From positions 1-59,486 of IMG/VR virus record IMGVR_UViG_3300027917_000004: a stretch of 59,486 nucleotides of DNA; one strand, written 5' to 3'. The stretch comes from a virus. Taxonomy: Duplodnaviria > Caudoviricetes. The position numbers were made by a program, and so were the translations under genes. The notes under the pieces are model-generated. The model was not told where the DNA came from. It saw nothing but the letters and a program-made list of their open reading frames with translations, and made no database searches. This document shows positions 28,867-37,966 of this stretch, one piece after another (position 1 is the first letter of the stretch; each line of letters opens with the position of its first letter).

Positions 28867-29056
28867 TCGCAGAACGTCTGATAGCCATGGCACAATGCAA
28901 TATGATTCACATAAACCACGGCTCGCGACACTCAAACAAATCCGGTTTGAAAACCGCATTCGAGAAACTTTGATCGATGCTGATAGCAAAAGAGCAAAAG
29001 CTAGAGTTTCATTGCCTAAATTCAGCTGGGACAAAGACGATGGGAAAGAGGTCTGA
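28850..29056 (+). CDS. Hypothetical basic protein
   Basis: GAGGAG RBS; ends VSLPKFSW. Confidence 0.5.
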   Translation: MAKYRNRRTSDSHGTMQYDSHKPRLATLKQIRFENRIRETLIDADSKRAKARVSLPKFSWDKDDGKEV

Positions 29057-29561
29057 CTTCACCCGTCGAAAGATGGATTTCTACGCGACCCCCGAATCAG
29101 CTGTGCGGCCCTTGCTGCCGCATATTCCCAAAGGGACCATCTATTGCGAGCCGTGCGCTGGAGAGGGTGACCTGATAGGCCACCTTCTGGCTCTGGGCGG
29201 CCATCACTGCATAGCCGCCTATGATGCCGAAATAGGGCCGTGGAAGAGGATCGATGCTTCTTGGCTAATGGAGGATGATCTCAGTGGCGCGGAGATGATT
29301 ATCACCAACCCGCCATGGGACAGGCCCGTCCTTCACCAGATCATAGAACGCTGCGCCCTGCTGCGGCCTACATGGCTGCTCTTCGATGCGGATTGGATGC
29401 ACACCGCTCAAGCCGCGCCACATTTGGAAATCTGCAAAATGATCGTTGCGATAGGGCGGGTGAAATGGTTTGGCGATACTAGCGGCAAAGACAACTGCTG
29501 CTGGTATCTCTTCGATGCCGCAGGATCGCCCCACAGGCCAGTTTTTGTAGGTAGGGCATGA
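29040..29561 (+). CDS. DNA amino-(N6-adenine/N4-cytosine) methyltransferase
   Basis: DFYATP, EPCAGEGDL (motif I), IITNPPW (motif IV). Confidence 0.85.
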   Translation: MGKRSDFTRRKMDFYATPESAVRPLLPHIPKGTIYCEPCAGEGDLIGHLLALGGHHCIAAYDAEIGPWKRIDASWLMEDDLSGAEMIITNPPWDRPVLHQIIERCALLRPTWLLFDADWMHTAQAAPHLEICKMIVAIGRVKWFGDTSGKDNCCWYLFDAAGSPHRPVFVGRA

Positions 29562-29803
29562 GTACCATCAAACAACAGGCCGATGCCGTTGAGCGGGCCG
29601 CTATGAACCTTCGCGGCACCATTGCTCACATGAAGAACATGGCCCGAGTGAACAAGGGCGACGAGACGATGATCAGGATGCGCGAGAGCCACCTGACTGA
29701 CTTATTGTCAGCGCATAAGACTATGGTATGGTTAATGGAGAACGAGGAAAAAATTAGGGCGGCACTAGGCCGCCCCAAGTCAGTTTCGTCAAGAAAAGAC
29801 TAG
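29558..29803 (+). CDS. Hypothetical protein
   Basis: ATGA-coupled ORF followed by CTAGGGGA-ACA-TCCCCTAG hairpin. Confidence 0.55.
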   Translation: MSTIKQQADAVERAAMNLRGTIAHMKNMARVNKGDETMIRMRESHLTDLLSAHKTMVWLMENEEKIRAALGRPKSVSSRKD

Positions 29804-29882
29804 GGGAACATCCCCTAGCCACCTCAGAAGATACCATTTTGAATTTTTTGTCACGCTCAACTTTTGGCCTTTAAAATACCTG

Positions 29883-29948
29883 TTGACTAAATGACAGAAT
29901 GCCACATATATATGACATATTGCCATTTAAAAAATGGCAGACTGCCAT
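29883..29948 (+). promoter_or_regulatory. Promoter overlapped by three palindromic operators ATGRCA-N3-TGCCAY
   Basis: TTGACT at 29883 with TATATA about 18 nt downstream; operators at 29891, 29912 and 29934. Confidence 0.7.
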
Positions 29949-29963
29949 TTACTGAGGGGCAAA

Positions 29964-30164
29964 ATGTCAAAAGGTGAATTAAACGAAAAATTCGTTGAAC
30001 TATCCAAAAAACTCAAACTGAATAATCTTGAAGTGTCTAAATTGTTGGGGGTTCACCCTCGGACCTACTATAGGTGGGCGTCTGGCGACACCAGCGTCCC
30101 ATATAGTGTTATCAAGGTGTTAGAGTTGCTTTGTGAGCAAAACGAGAGTAAGGTAGCTGAATAA
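29964..30164 (+). CDS. XRE-family HTH regulator
   Basis: LNNLEVSKLLGVHPRTYYRWASG...VP; GAGGGG RBS before ATG 29964. Confidence 0.8.
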   Translation: MSKGELNEKFVELSKKLKLNNLEVSKLLGVHPRTYYRWASGDTSVPYSVIKVLELLCEQNESKVAE

Positions 30165-30293
30165 CGAAACCCCAGAGGGTGTGAGACCTCTGGGGCTTCT
30201 GAGATCAACACGCAAGGCGCTGCGAGTTGGACTTGACGGATAATTATCCCGAAATTCCGATTTTTGCAAGTGCCCCAAAACATGGGGTCATAA

Positions 30294-30566
30294 ATGTCGT
30301 TTCAAGCTATGGCTTGGGCCATCCGTCAAAAAGCACCGACTAAACCAAAATTCGTTTTGTTGGTCCTCGCCAACTACGCAGACCCGAAAGGCGTAGCTTG
30401 GCCGTCCCTAAAGGTGCTGGAGCAAGATACTGGGATCAAGCGGTCCACGCTGATCACCAGCATCGCAACGCTTGTGAAGCTTGGGCTGCTCACCAAGGCA
30501 AAGCGGTATCGCGGGAACCTCAAAACGTCCAACATTTACCAGCTTGAAATGGCCGAAACCTCGTAG
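30294..30566 (+). CDS. Replication-initiator-type winged HTH protein (N-terminal domain only)
   Basis: MSFQAMAWA...KFVLLVLANYAD..G.AWPS...L...GLL...SNIYQL. Confidence 0.8.
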   Translation: MSFQAMAWAIRQKAPTKPKFVLLVLANYADPKGVAWPSLKVLEQDTGIKRSTLITSIATLVKLGLLTKAKRYRGNLKTSNIYQLEMAETS

Positions 30567-30708
30567 TCCAGAATCTGGACTTACCGTGGTTCAAAACTTG
30601 GACCCTATACAGTCATACCAGAAACTATCATCCAACACTTGGAATATCCGAGCCAAGAGAGGAATGATTCTAGTTAGAGTGAGTAGGTTAAACCGTTACG
30701 GAGCCGAA

Positions 30709-32211
30709 ATGGATTTACGCGATTATCAAACTGACGCTATCGACAAACTGCGTGACAGCCTCCGCGCTGGAAAGACCCGTCCCGTGGTGCAAATGCCTAC
30801 GGGAGCGGGCAAGACCATTGTGGCCGCTAACATCGTCCGAATGGCCTTGGACAAGGGCAAGCGGGTTGTGTTCTGCGTCCCTGCCATCAGCCTGATCGAC
30901 CAGAGCGTTGAGAAGTTCGAGCGCAATGGCATCCCGCATATCGGGGTGATCCAAGCCCAGCATGAGCGGACTGACCGGACAGCACCTGTACAGGTCTGTT
31001 CGATCCAGACACTGGCGCGGAGGCATCTCCCAGAGGGTGATCTGGTGATCATCGATGAGTGCCACCTGATGTTTAAATTTTACGATATCTGGATGAACTT
31101 GCCTGAGTGGCAAAAGGTTCCCTTTATCGGGCTGACTGCGACCCCATGGGCCAAGGGCATGGGCGCACAGGGGCGGTGGGATGATTTAATTATTGGCACG
31201 ACAACCGATGAGCTTATTAAACTCGGCCACCTGTCCGATTTTAAGGTTTTCGCGCCAGCGCATCCCGATCTGGATGGGGTCAAGATCGTCGCGGGTGACT
31301 ACAAGCTCGACCAGCTGGGTCAGGCGATGGACAAGGCCCCCTTGGTTGCCGACATCGTCTCGACATGGCTGGAACGGGGCCAAGATCGCTCGACGCTGGT
31401 CTTCGCTGTCAATCGCGCCCATGCCAAGAACATCGAAAAGCAATTCCAAGAAGCGGGCGTGACTACCGCTTATCTGGATGCCTACACCGATCTGGAAGAA
31501 CGAAACCAGATCGCGAAGGCGTTCGAGGCGGGTGACGTTCGGGTGGTCTGCAACGTGGGGGTTTTGACCACGGGGGTCGATTGGGACGTTCGGTGCATCG
31601 TTCTGGCGCGTCCGACTCGATCCGAAATCCTCTACACCCAAATCATTGGCCGTGGTCTGCGGACGGCGGAGGGGAAGGACTATTGCCTGATCCTCGACCA
31701 CAGTGACACCACCCTTAAGCTCGGGTTCGTGACCGATATCAGCCACGACAAGCTCGACAATGGACGGGTCAAAAGCTCGCCCAAGGAAAAGAAACAGCTG
31801 CTTCCCAAGGAATGCCCCAAGTGCGCTTTCCTCAAGCCGCCCAAGACCAAGGTCTGCCCGTCCTGCGGGTTCGAGGCCATTGCGGTTTCGGATATCGACA
31901 CGGAAGAGGGCGAGCTTCATGAGATCACCCGTGACGGGCGGGTGAAGGTTGAAAAATGGCCGCAGGAGCAAAAAGAATATTTTTATCGTGAGCTTCTGGG
32001 TTACGCGGAATTAAAAAGCTACAAAAAGGGCTGGGCCTATCACGCTTATCGGGCGCGGTTTTCTGTCGGTCCTGCTAATTCTTTTTCCGGTAGTCCGTTG
32101 CGAATGATCCGGCCCGAAACCGCGTCTTGGATTAAATCTTATAATATCCGAAAGGCTAAGGCGCGTGAAAAGGCGGCTGGGGCTAGGTTTGACGCAAGGC
32201 ATCCAGACTGA
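30709..32211 (+). CDS. SF2 (DEAD/H-like) helicase with C-terminal zinc ribbon
   Basis: LRDYQ, MPTGAGKT, IIDECH, GLTATP, LTTGVD, QIIGRGLR, CPKC/CPSC; GGAG RBS before ATG 30709. Confidence 0.93.
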   Translation: MDLRDYQTDAIDKLRDSLRAGKTRPVVQMPTGAGKTIVAANIVRMALDKGKRVVFCVPAISLIDQSVEKFERNGIPHIGVIQAQHERTDRTAPVQVCSIQTLARRHLPEGDLVIIDECHLMFKFYDIWMNLPEWQKVPFIGLTATPWAKGMGAQGRWDDLIIGTTTDELIKLGHLSDFKVFAPAHPDLDGVKIVAGDYKLDQLGQAMDKAPLVADIVSTWLERGQDRSTLVFAVNRAHAKNIEKQFQEAGVTTAYLDAYTDLEERNQIAKAFEAGDVRVVCNVGVLTTGVDWDVRCIVLARPTRSEILYTQIIGRGLRTAEGKDYCLILDHSDTTLKLGFVTDISHDKLDNGRVKSSPKEKKQLLPKECPKCAFLKPPKTKVCPSCGFEAIAVSDIDTEEGELHEITRDGRVKVEKWPQEQKEYFYRELLGYAELKSYKKGWAYHAYRARFSVGPANSFSGSPLRMIRPETASWIKSYNIRKAKAREKAAGARFDARHPD

Positions 32212-32221
32212 GGGGGAAAAT

Positions 32222-32416
32222 ATGAGCTACGGCCAATATATGCTTTCACGCGCTCCAAATAGTATCAGCGCGGGAGAAACGTCCGGCGTTTTTTTAGTCA
32301 TGCCAAGTTTCTATTCCGATAGCGGGATTATTTACGCCCGTGAAGGTTCGATGGCTGCCAACCCTGATCGCGCCCTTTACCGCGTCCGTTTTCGTCTGAA
32401 GGATAAAACCAAGTGA
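32222..32416 (+). CDS. Hypothetical protein
   Basis: GAGGGGG RBS; coupled to primase. Confidence 0.5.
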   Translation: MSYGQYMLSRAPNSISAGETSGVFLVMPSFYSDSGIIYAREGSMAANPDRALYRVRFRLKDKTK

Positions 32417-33354
32417 CAGCCCCGCGTGAATTAGCCAAAGGCCATTGGGCAACCCTGCTACCGGCCCTTGGGGTCGATAGCCGCTTTCTGGTCAATCGGC
32501 ATGGCCCGTGCCCGATCTGCGGCGGGGCTGACCGATTCCGGTGGGATAACCAGCACGACGAGGGCGGCTACATCTGCGGCCAGTGCGGCGGCGGGGATGG
32601 GTTCGATCTGGCGCGGAAGGTAACGGGCCAGCCGTTCGGGGCCATCTTGGGCAAGATCGAAGAATTGCTCGGCAAGAAGCTCGACAGCACCCCGACCGAT
32701 AACCGTGGGGAAGAGTACCGCGTTAGAACGGCCATGGAATCGATCTGGCGGGGGTCTACACGGCCAACTGCACATGATCCGCTAGGGGTATACCTGACGC
32801 ACCGCCTTGGCCGTTTCTGGGCTTTTACGGGGCTGCGCTACAACCCCAGCGTCTGGCACTATGAGGCCAAGGCCCGTTTCCCTGCCATGGTGACACAAAT
32901 TGTCACCCCAGAGGGTCGAGCGGTTAACCTTCACCTCACCTATCTGCGGCCTGACGGGTTCAAGGCCGATCTGGAAAAGGCCAAGATGGTCATGGCTGCC
33001 AAGCTACCGGACGGGTGCGCCATCAGGCTGGGGCCGGAGCGGGAAAAGATGGGGGTCGCGGAAGGTATCGAAACCGCCCTTAGCGCGGCCATCCTTTTCA
33101 AGATGCCCGTCTGGGCTTGCGTAAATGGCAATTTGCTCGCCAAGTGGCAGCCGCCGGAGATAGCCAAGGAGATCGTGATTTTTGGCGATAACGACGAGAA
33201 TTTCACGGGTCAGGCCAAGGCCTACCACCTCGCCAACCGCCTAGAGGTGCAATTTAAGCGCAAGGCCTTTGTCATGATCCCGCCCCATGCGGGGCAGGAT
33301 TGGAATGACCATTTGCGAGCGGTATCAGGCCACGGGCTGCGGGTTATTAAATAG
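32413..33354 (+). CDS. DNA primase (P4-alpha-type zinc finger plus TOPRIM)
   Basis: HGPCPICGGADRFR, CGQCG.GDG, AEGIETALS, FGDND, DWND. Confidence 0.9.
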   Translation: MTAPRELAKGHWATLLPALGVDSRFLVNRHGPCPICGGADRFRWDNQHDEGGYICGQCGGGDGFDLARKVTGQPFGAILGKIEELLGKKLDSTPTDNRGEEYRVRTAMESIWRGSTRPTAHDPLGVYLTHRLGRFWAFTGLRYNPSVWHYEAKARFPAMVTQIVTPEGRAVNLHLTYLRPDGFKADLEKAKMVMAAKLPDGCAIRLGPEREKMGVAEGIETALSAAILFKMPVWACVNGNLLAKWQPPEIAKEIVIFGDNDENFTGQAKAYHLANRLEVQFKRKAFVMIPPHAGQDWNDHLRAVSGHGLRVIK

Positions 33355-33361
33355 CCCGCGC

Positions 33362-33631
33362 CTAATTTGCTTTTTTCTTTTTCTTTTTTGCTTCGGTGAA
33401 AATCAGCTTTCCTGTGGTTTTAATATAATCATTTATTGTGGCGGCTTGGTTTTCGTTGCGCTCGCGTAGTTCTTCGACCTCTTTTTGAATTTCCATTAAT
33501 TCTTTTAATTTAGCCTCCGCCCTCCAAAAATCGTATTGGGCATTGATTAAATCTTCGCTTTTCCGGTGCAATTGATCGATGAGCAGCTGCATAAATTCTT
33601 CTTCAAAGTCCTCGGGGATTTCGACCAGCAT
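33362..33631 (-). CDS. Hypothetical coiled-coil protein
   Basis: GGAG RBS; last gene of leftward early operon. Confidence 0.6.
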   Translation of the reverse strand: MLVEIPEDFEEEFMQLLIDQLHRKSEDLINAQYDFWRAEAKLKELMEIQKEVEELRERNENQAATINDYIKTTGKLIFTEAKKKKKKAN

Positions 33632-33643
33632 GATTTGTCTCCT

Positions 33644-33928
33644 TCATTGGTATTGCGAGAAAATAAACTCTTTTGCGGTCTCTAGGGCGTAGCAATGCTT
33701 AACCTCGCCATGAATTGAGACCGCCCTATATTTCGGGCCGTCCGGCATGGGTTTGGTAATTTTATTCAGCCACCCCATAACCGCCCCGTCACGGGTGAGG
33801 GTAATTACCCCCTCCTCTAGGCTGGTGCATATAGCGTTAATTCGGGTTACGGGTTCGAGCTTGGGCTTGGGCTTTTTTTCGTCCAAAACGATTCCCAGCA
33901 TATTAGCTAAATCTCGCGGCATATCCAT
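33644..33928 (-). CDS. Hypothetical protein
   Basis: GGAGGGG RBS. Confidence 0.6.
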   Translation of the reverse strand: MDMPRDLANMLGIVLDEKKPKPKLEPVTRINAICTSLEEGVITLTRDGAVMGWLNKITKPMPDGPKYRAVSIHGEVKHCYALETAKEFIFSQYQ

Positions 33929-34046
33929 TAGTGGCCCCTCCTTTTAGGTCTAGACGGCAAACAAAGCAGAAAGATGAAACCGAAAAATAGCGCGGCACCG
34001 ATTAATAAAAGCTTAAACAGCGCGGCGAGTCCTGTAATTAAATCTT

Positions 34047-34241
34047 TCACCCTGTTTGCCCCATGTCTTGAATTTCATTTATCGCGCACTCGAATGTTTC
34101 ATTTTCTACGAGGGCGTCTAATCGCTCATAAGGGTCGAGGCTGAAAAAGTGTTTTTCGATCTCCTCGAAGGTCTCTAAATCCGTTTCAATTTCATAAATT
34201 GAAAAGGTTACGTTTCGAAGGTGAATCCGTTTCCTAGCCAT
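34047..34241 (-). CDS. Hypothetical small acidic protein
   Basis: Start MARKRIHL after GGGGGG; Glu/Asp-rich. Confidence 0.5.
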   Translation of the reverse strand: MARKRIHLRNVTFSIYEIETDLETFEEIEKHFFSLDPYERLDALVENETFECAINEIQDMGQTG

Positions 34242-34242
34242 T

Positions 34243-34497
34243 TTATGCCCCCCAGCTTGCAACGTAATTATCCCCATCGAAAAGCACCGCTTCGATAGTG
34301 CCGGAAGCACCCGCCACCGCTAGGGCCGTTTGAATCGCTTGCATTGCATCGCATAGGGCCCCGCCATAAAACCCCCAGCGTTCGACCTCTGAATCGTGGG
34401 CGGGGGCCTCGCAAATCTTTACCGCCCCCGCTTCTTTCGCCTTGGCATAGGTTTCGAACTTAACCGAATTATAAAAGTGAAGCGTCAAATCAGACAT
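34243..34497 (-). CDS. Hypothetical protein
   Basis: AAGGAG RBS, coupled. Confidence 0.6.
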   Translation of the reverse strand: MSDLTLHFYNSVKFETYAKAKEAGAVKICEAPAHDSEVERWGFYGGALCDAMQAIQTALAVAGASGTIEAVLFDGDNYVASWGA

Positions 34498-34723
34498 AGC
34501 TGGACTCCTTTGTTAGATATTTAGCGGGCACCTGATAAAAATCGGTTGGGCTATCTCGGAACGGGTCAAGATTGCGGGTGATCCCGAATAGTTCCCCGTT
34601 TTTTAGTTTCCAGTGAATCGTATACCCCGCCGCGTTGTCGTATCTTGCAACGGGGTACGGGTGAACGTCTAAAGCTTGGTCATAGATGATTTTGTAAAAT
34701 TCGGCTTTATTGGTCAGTCTCAT
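34490..34723 (-). CDS. Hypothetical protein
   Basis: AGGGGG RBS. Confidence 0.55.
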   Translation of the reverse strand: MRLTNKAEFYKIIYDQALDVHPYPVARYDNAAGYTIHWKLKNGELFGITRNLDPFRDSPTDFYQVPAKYLTKESSYV

Positions 34724-34735
34724 TTTAGCCCCCTA

Positions 34736-35479
34736 TTATGCCGCGACCTTGCGGGCGTGATTTTCTCCGGCCCCGTGGGCCTCAATAACGATAGATTTAC
34801 CCTTGGCGCTATTACCCTTGCACAACCCGCAATCGGTACATTGAACCCCCTTGTTAGAGGGGCAAACAATCTCGGACCCCTTAACAATCTCGGACTCGGA
34901 ATTGACTAGGCGGAACGTACGGCGACCCAAGGCCCAAGCGGCTCGGGCTTGCTCGGCGCTTTCGACTGATTGCATAAACCAAGCGGGGTTAGCGGAGGCC
35001 TTGGGGTTTTCGAATTGGTGCGAATAGCCTGTCCACCCCTTAGCGCGGCTCAAAAGGCTTTCCCAAATGTAGCTAGGCACGGCGGCGGGGTCGCCATAGG
35101 TTCCGGCTCGGACCATTTTACCCGCGCCAAGGGCCGCGATTGCGTCATGGCCGCTAACCGTAGGGTAGCCGCCCCGTTGCAAGTGTTTCCAAGTGATAAG
35201 AACGCCTTGCCCGATGTTAACATAGCACCCGCGCCCGATTGCCAGCTTACCCTTTTCGGGGTTAGGCGTGCCGCGCAAGGGGCAATTGCCGCAAATAGAA
35301 TAATCGGCGCCCGTACGGTTAGCCTCACGCGGGTCGATATCGTCGCGCAGGATATAGGTTTGCACCATAAGGCCCGTTTTACGGTTGCGGGCGGAAAGAA
35401 CGGCGACAACGGCAATCGGTTGGCCGTCTAACAATGAAGGGCCGCGATAAATCACGGCGCTTTGCACAAGCTTAGTCAT
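34736..35479 (-). CDS. Cys-rich conserved phage early protein (putative metal/Fe-S binding, Gp88-like)
   Basis: NRKTG, CGNCP, CYV, GTYGDP, TGYSH, CP...CTDCGLC, AHG. Confidence 0.6.
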   Translation of the reverse strand: MTKLVQSAVIYRGPSLLDGQPIAVVAVLSARNRKTGLMVQTYILRDDIDPREANRTGADYSICGNCPLRGTPNPEKGKLAIGRGCYVNIGQGVLITWKHLQRGGYPTVSGHDAIAALGAGKMVRAGTYGDPAAVPSYIWESLLSRAKGWTGYSHQFENPKASANPAWFMQSVESAEQARAAWALGRRTFRLVNSESEIVKGSEIVCPSNKGVQCTDCGLCKGNSAKGKSIVIEAHGAGENHARKVAA

Positions 35480-35513
35480 AGCGTTACCCCTAGAAAATAA
35501 ATCAGCGTGAACC

Positions 35514-35585
35514 TTATAGCATGGCGACCCGCCACAGTATATTATACTAAAGTCGTACGACTAAAGTCTAATGGCAATCCGCCAC
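35514..35585. promoter_or_regulatory. Early control element copy A: leftward extended -10, two operators and a 22-bp box
   Basis: TTATAGCATGGC (minus strand TGCTATAA); ATGGCG-ACC-CGCCAC 35521; ACTAAAGTCGTACGACTAAAGT 35546-35567; ATGGCA-ATC-CGCCAC 35571. Confidence 0.7.
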
Positions 35586-35794
35586 AAGATAGGCTATAAC
35601 TTAAATCACGCGCCGAGGTTGCCCGAGGCTAGTAGGAATGGCACCCTATGAATGAAGCCGGATAGCTCCGACAATAAAAGCCCCAAGCCTAGGTTAGGCC
35701 GTTATGGCGGTTGCGTTAGTCTGATTTGGTGAGGGGTAACCCTAAGAAGCAAATCAGGCCCGCCAATTAATTCTAGCTGATAGGGGTTAAGACA

Positions 35795-36205
35795 ATGGAA
35801 TATGCTACACTTAAAGAGAAAATCGCCGCCGAAAAGGTTGCCCGTGCGGAACGTCATTCCAATTATGAAACCGTCTTTAATAAGGCCTTGGCCGAGGGCT
35901 TGCTTGCGGGTCAAAACGCGCAACCCCGCGCCATGAAAATTACCGACTCCTTTACGGGTCAGACATGGGTCGAAGAGTCCGGCTTGTGCGGTTTCGCTTG
36001 GGTTATTGTAAAGGCCGCTAACAAGGGGTTCGGCCATTGGTTGCTTAAATCGGGCCGCGCTCGCAAGTCTTACTACGGCGGGGCCGAGATTTGGGTTAGC
36101 GAATTCGGCCAAAGCTATGAACGCAAGGCCGCAATGGCTAGCGCAATGGCTACGGTTTTTAATGACGCGGGTTTCGATAGCTACGCGGGGTCGCGGTTAG
36201 ACTAA
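35795..36205 (+). CDS. Conserved phage hypothetical protein
   Basis: GLCGFAWV...GQSYERK.A.A.A....SRLD; AGGGG RBS. Confidence 0.75.
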   Translation: MEYATLKEKIAAEKVARAERHSNYETVFNKALAEGLLAGQNAQPRAMKITDSFTGQTWVEESGLCGFAWVIVKAANKGFGHWLLKSGRARKSYYGGAEIWVSEFGQSYERKAAMASAMATVFNDAGFDSYAGSRLD

Positions 36206-36317
36206 AGGTTAACTAAGAAGCAAAAACCCCAATCAAACAGCAAAAACTAGGGGCCCCCTAAAAAGGGCCTTTTCTTTTTGCCGCCAATGGGTTAGATTGT
36301 TTCTAGAGGGGTTTTCA

Positions 36318-36506
36318 ATGTCTGATTCTTGGGTTTTTCCGGCGGTTGCTTTTGGCGCGATTGTAGGTTTTCCGGCCCTAGTTATTGCTTGGGCCTTGGC
36401 GCTTTCCTATTATGAGCGGGCAAAGGCCTTGCGGGTTCGCGATAACATGGGGCCCGATGCATGGGGGTCGCAAGATATCGACCCGCGCTTTAGGGGTAGC
36501 CGATGA
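36318..36506 (+). CDS. Small membrane protein
   Basis: GAGGGG RBS, one TM helix, coupled to TerS. Confidence 0.5.
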   Translation: MSDSWVFPAVAFGAIVGFPALVIAWALALSYYERAKALRVRDNMGPDAWGSQDIDPRFRGSR

Positions 36507-37186
36507 CCGGAAAGCTAGAGACGTTAGAGACAATGGAATCTCTCCCGTTGCCTAAAGAGACAAGGGCGGAAAAGCGGGAGCGGGTTAGCCGAGAGACTTT
36601 GGCCGAGCAAAGGATAGCGATTGCCGAGGGAGAGGCTAGGGCCGAGCAAGGTATAGCTTTGGCGCGACAAGCCGGAAGGCCTTCGACCTATGACCCTAAC
36701 AAGGCAATGGAAATATGCACCCGAATAGCTTTAGGGCAATCTCTCTCTAGCATATGCAAGCAAGAGGGGTTTCCTTGTGAGGCTACGGTTATGAAATGGT
36801 TCAATGACAATCCGCCATTCGTAAAGAGTTACGCCCGAGCGAGGGAGTTACAGGCGGACTCCCTATTCGACTCCATCATCGATATAGCCGATGACACTAG
36901 TCGGGACATAATCACCTTGCCCCCAGAAGAGGGAGAGGGAGGGAATGGCAAGACGGTTTTGAACCCCGTAGCGGTTAGTCGCGCCAAGGTCCGAATAGAT
37001 GCAAGATTCCGGTTATGCGGAAAGCTTAATCCGAAGAAGTACGGCGACAAGCTAGAGGCGTATATATCGGGGCCGGATGGCGGACCTATCGAAACAACGG
37101 TTATTCCGGCGGACCGGTTAGACCGGAACGCAAGAGACCGGCTTAGAGAGATATTGGCAACGGCGAAGGATATTACGCCGGAATAG
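36503..37186 (+). CDS. terS: Terminase small subunit
   Basis: GRPSTY...ICTRIALGQSL..IC...P...TV.KW...YARARE.QAD...IADD...PKKYGDK...GPDGGPI. Confidence 0.9.
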   Translation: MTGKLETLETMESLPLPKETRAEKRERVSRETLAEQRIAIAEGEARAEQGIALARQAGRPSTYDPNKAMEICTRIALGQSLSSICKQEGFPCEATVMKWFNDNPPFVKSYARARELQADSLFDSIIDIADDTSRDIITLPPEEGEGGNGKTVLNPVAVSRAKVRIDARFRLCGKLNPKKYGDKLEAYISGPDGGPIETTVIPADRLDRNARDRLREILATAKDITPE

Positions 37187-37220
37187 AAAAAGGCCGGAAG
37201 GTTTCCCCTCCGGCCCTTTG
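37187..37220. terminator. Bidirectional intrinsic terminator
   Basis: AAAAA-GGCCGGA...TCCGGCC-CTTT between convergent genes. Confidence 0.7.
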
Positions 37221-37222
37221 GT

Positions 37223-37579
37223 TCACGCGGCGCTGTTTGCGTATCGGTCTTTAAAGAATTGCCCCGCCCATTGGTTATTCGCTTTGAAGTCTGAACCCTC
37301 TGGGAGGTGAGCATAAGACCTAATCCGGCTCCGGCCATTGGTATAGCTATCCTTTATCGGAGGCCTTTGTTCACCCCGAGAAAGAAGCGTAGCCAAATAA
37401 ATCGGAGCATCACAATCTTCTTCGAGGTAAACCGAGGTTACCCCGCTTGCGTCCGTTCTTGCGTAGCTACAACCGGAAAAGTCTTTTTCCCAGCTAAGGC
37501 CTACGCGGGAAAGTTCCGAGACCGGAACCTTTAGCCAAGCGTGTGAGGGGTCCGAATAGAGTGTAAGCGTCTTAGTCAT
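37223..37579 (-). CDS. Conserved phage early protein
   Basis: SDPSHAWLKVP...SY...YLEEDCDA...S.IRSY. Confidence 0.7.
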   Translation of the reverse strand: MTKTLTLYSDPSHAWLKVPVSELSRVGLSWEKDFSGCSYARTDASGVTSVYLEEDCDAPIYLATLLSRGEQRPPIKDSYTNGRSRIRSYAHLPEGSDFKANNQWAGQFFKDRYANSAA

Positions 37580-37632
37580 TAGTCTAATCCTTATGAGATA
37601 GAGAAAAGGCGGGGTTGCCCCCGCCCATATTG

Positions 37633-37872
37633 TTAAACGCGGCCCCCGCCTTCTCCGGTAAGCATGTCCAATAGATCAAAAGCATCTTTATAGATGATTA
37701 AGTGTTTTTCTATCGGCCCGAACTTAGCCCGTTGCCAGCTGGGGGTATCTTCCTGATATTCCGACTCAATGGCCGTCAATTGCTCTTGTACCGCCTTGCG
37801 GGTTTTACCTATGAGCGAATAGCACTTGCTATCGTCTAACCGTTCGGCGGCCCAGTAAATCAGCTTTGGCAT
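37633..37872 (-). CDS. Hypothetical protein, first gene of leftward early unit
   Basis: AAAGGG RBS; followed by GGCGGGG-GCAA-CCCCGCC-TTTT terminator on the minus strand. Confidence 0.6.
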   Translation of the reverse strand: MPKLIYWAAERLDDSKCYSLIGKTRKAVQEQLTAIESEYQEDTPSWQRAKFGPIEKHLIIYKDAFDLLDMLTGEGGGRV

Positions 37873-37966
37873 TGTGTTAACCCTTTCTTAACGTAGGAAC
37901 GGCTCGCACCCGTCTAGGTTGCCCCAGCGGGTTGGCGAGTCGTTCACTTATCAAACAGCATGTTCT

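Noticed and set aside
35700-35770. Hammerhead ribozyme in the early leader
   Set aside because: Core CTGATGA...GAAA is not present (sequence reads CTGATTTG)
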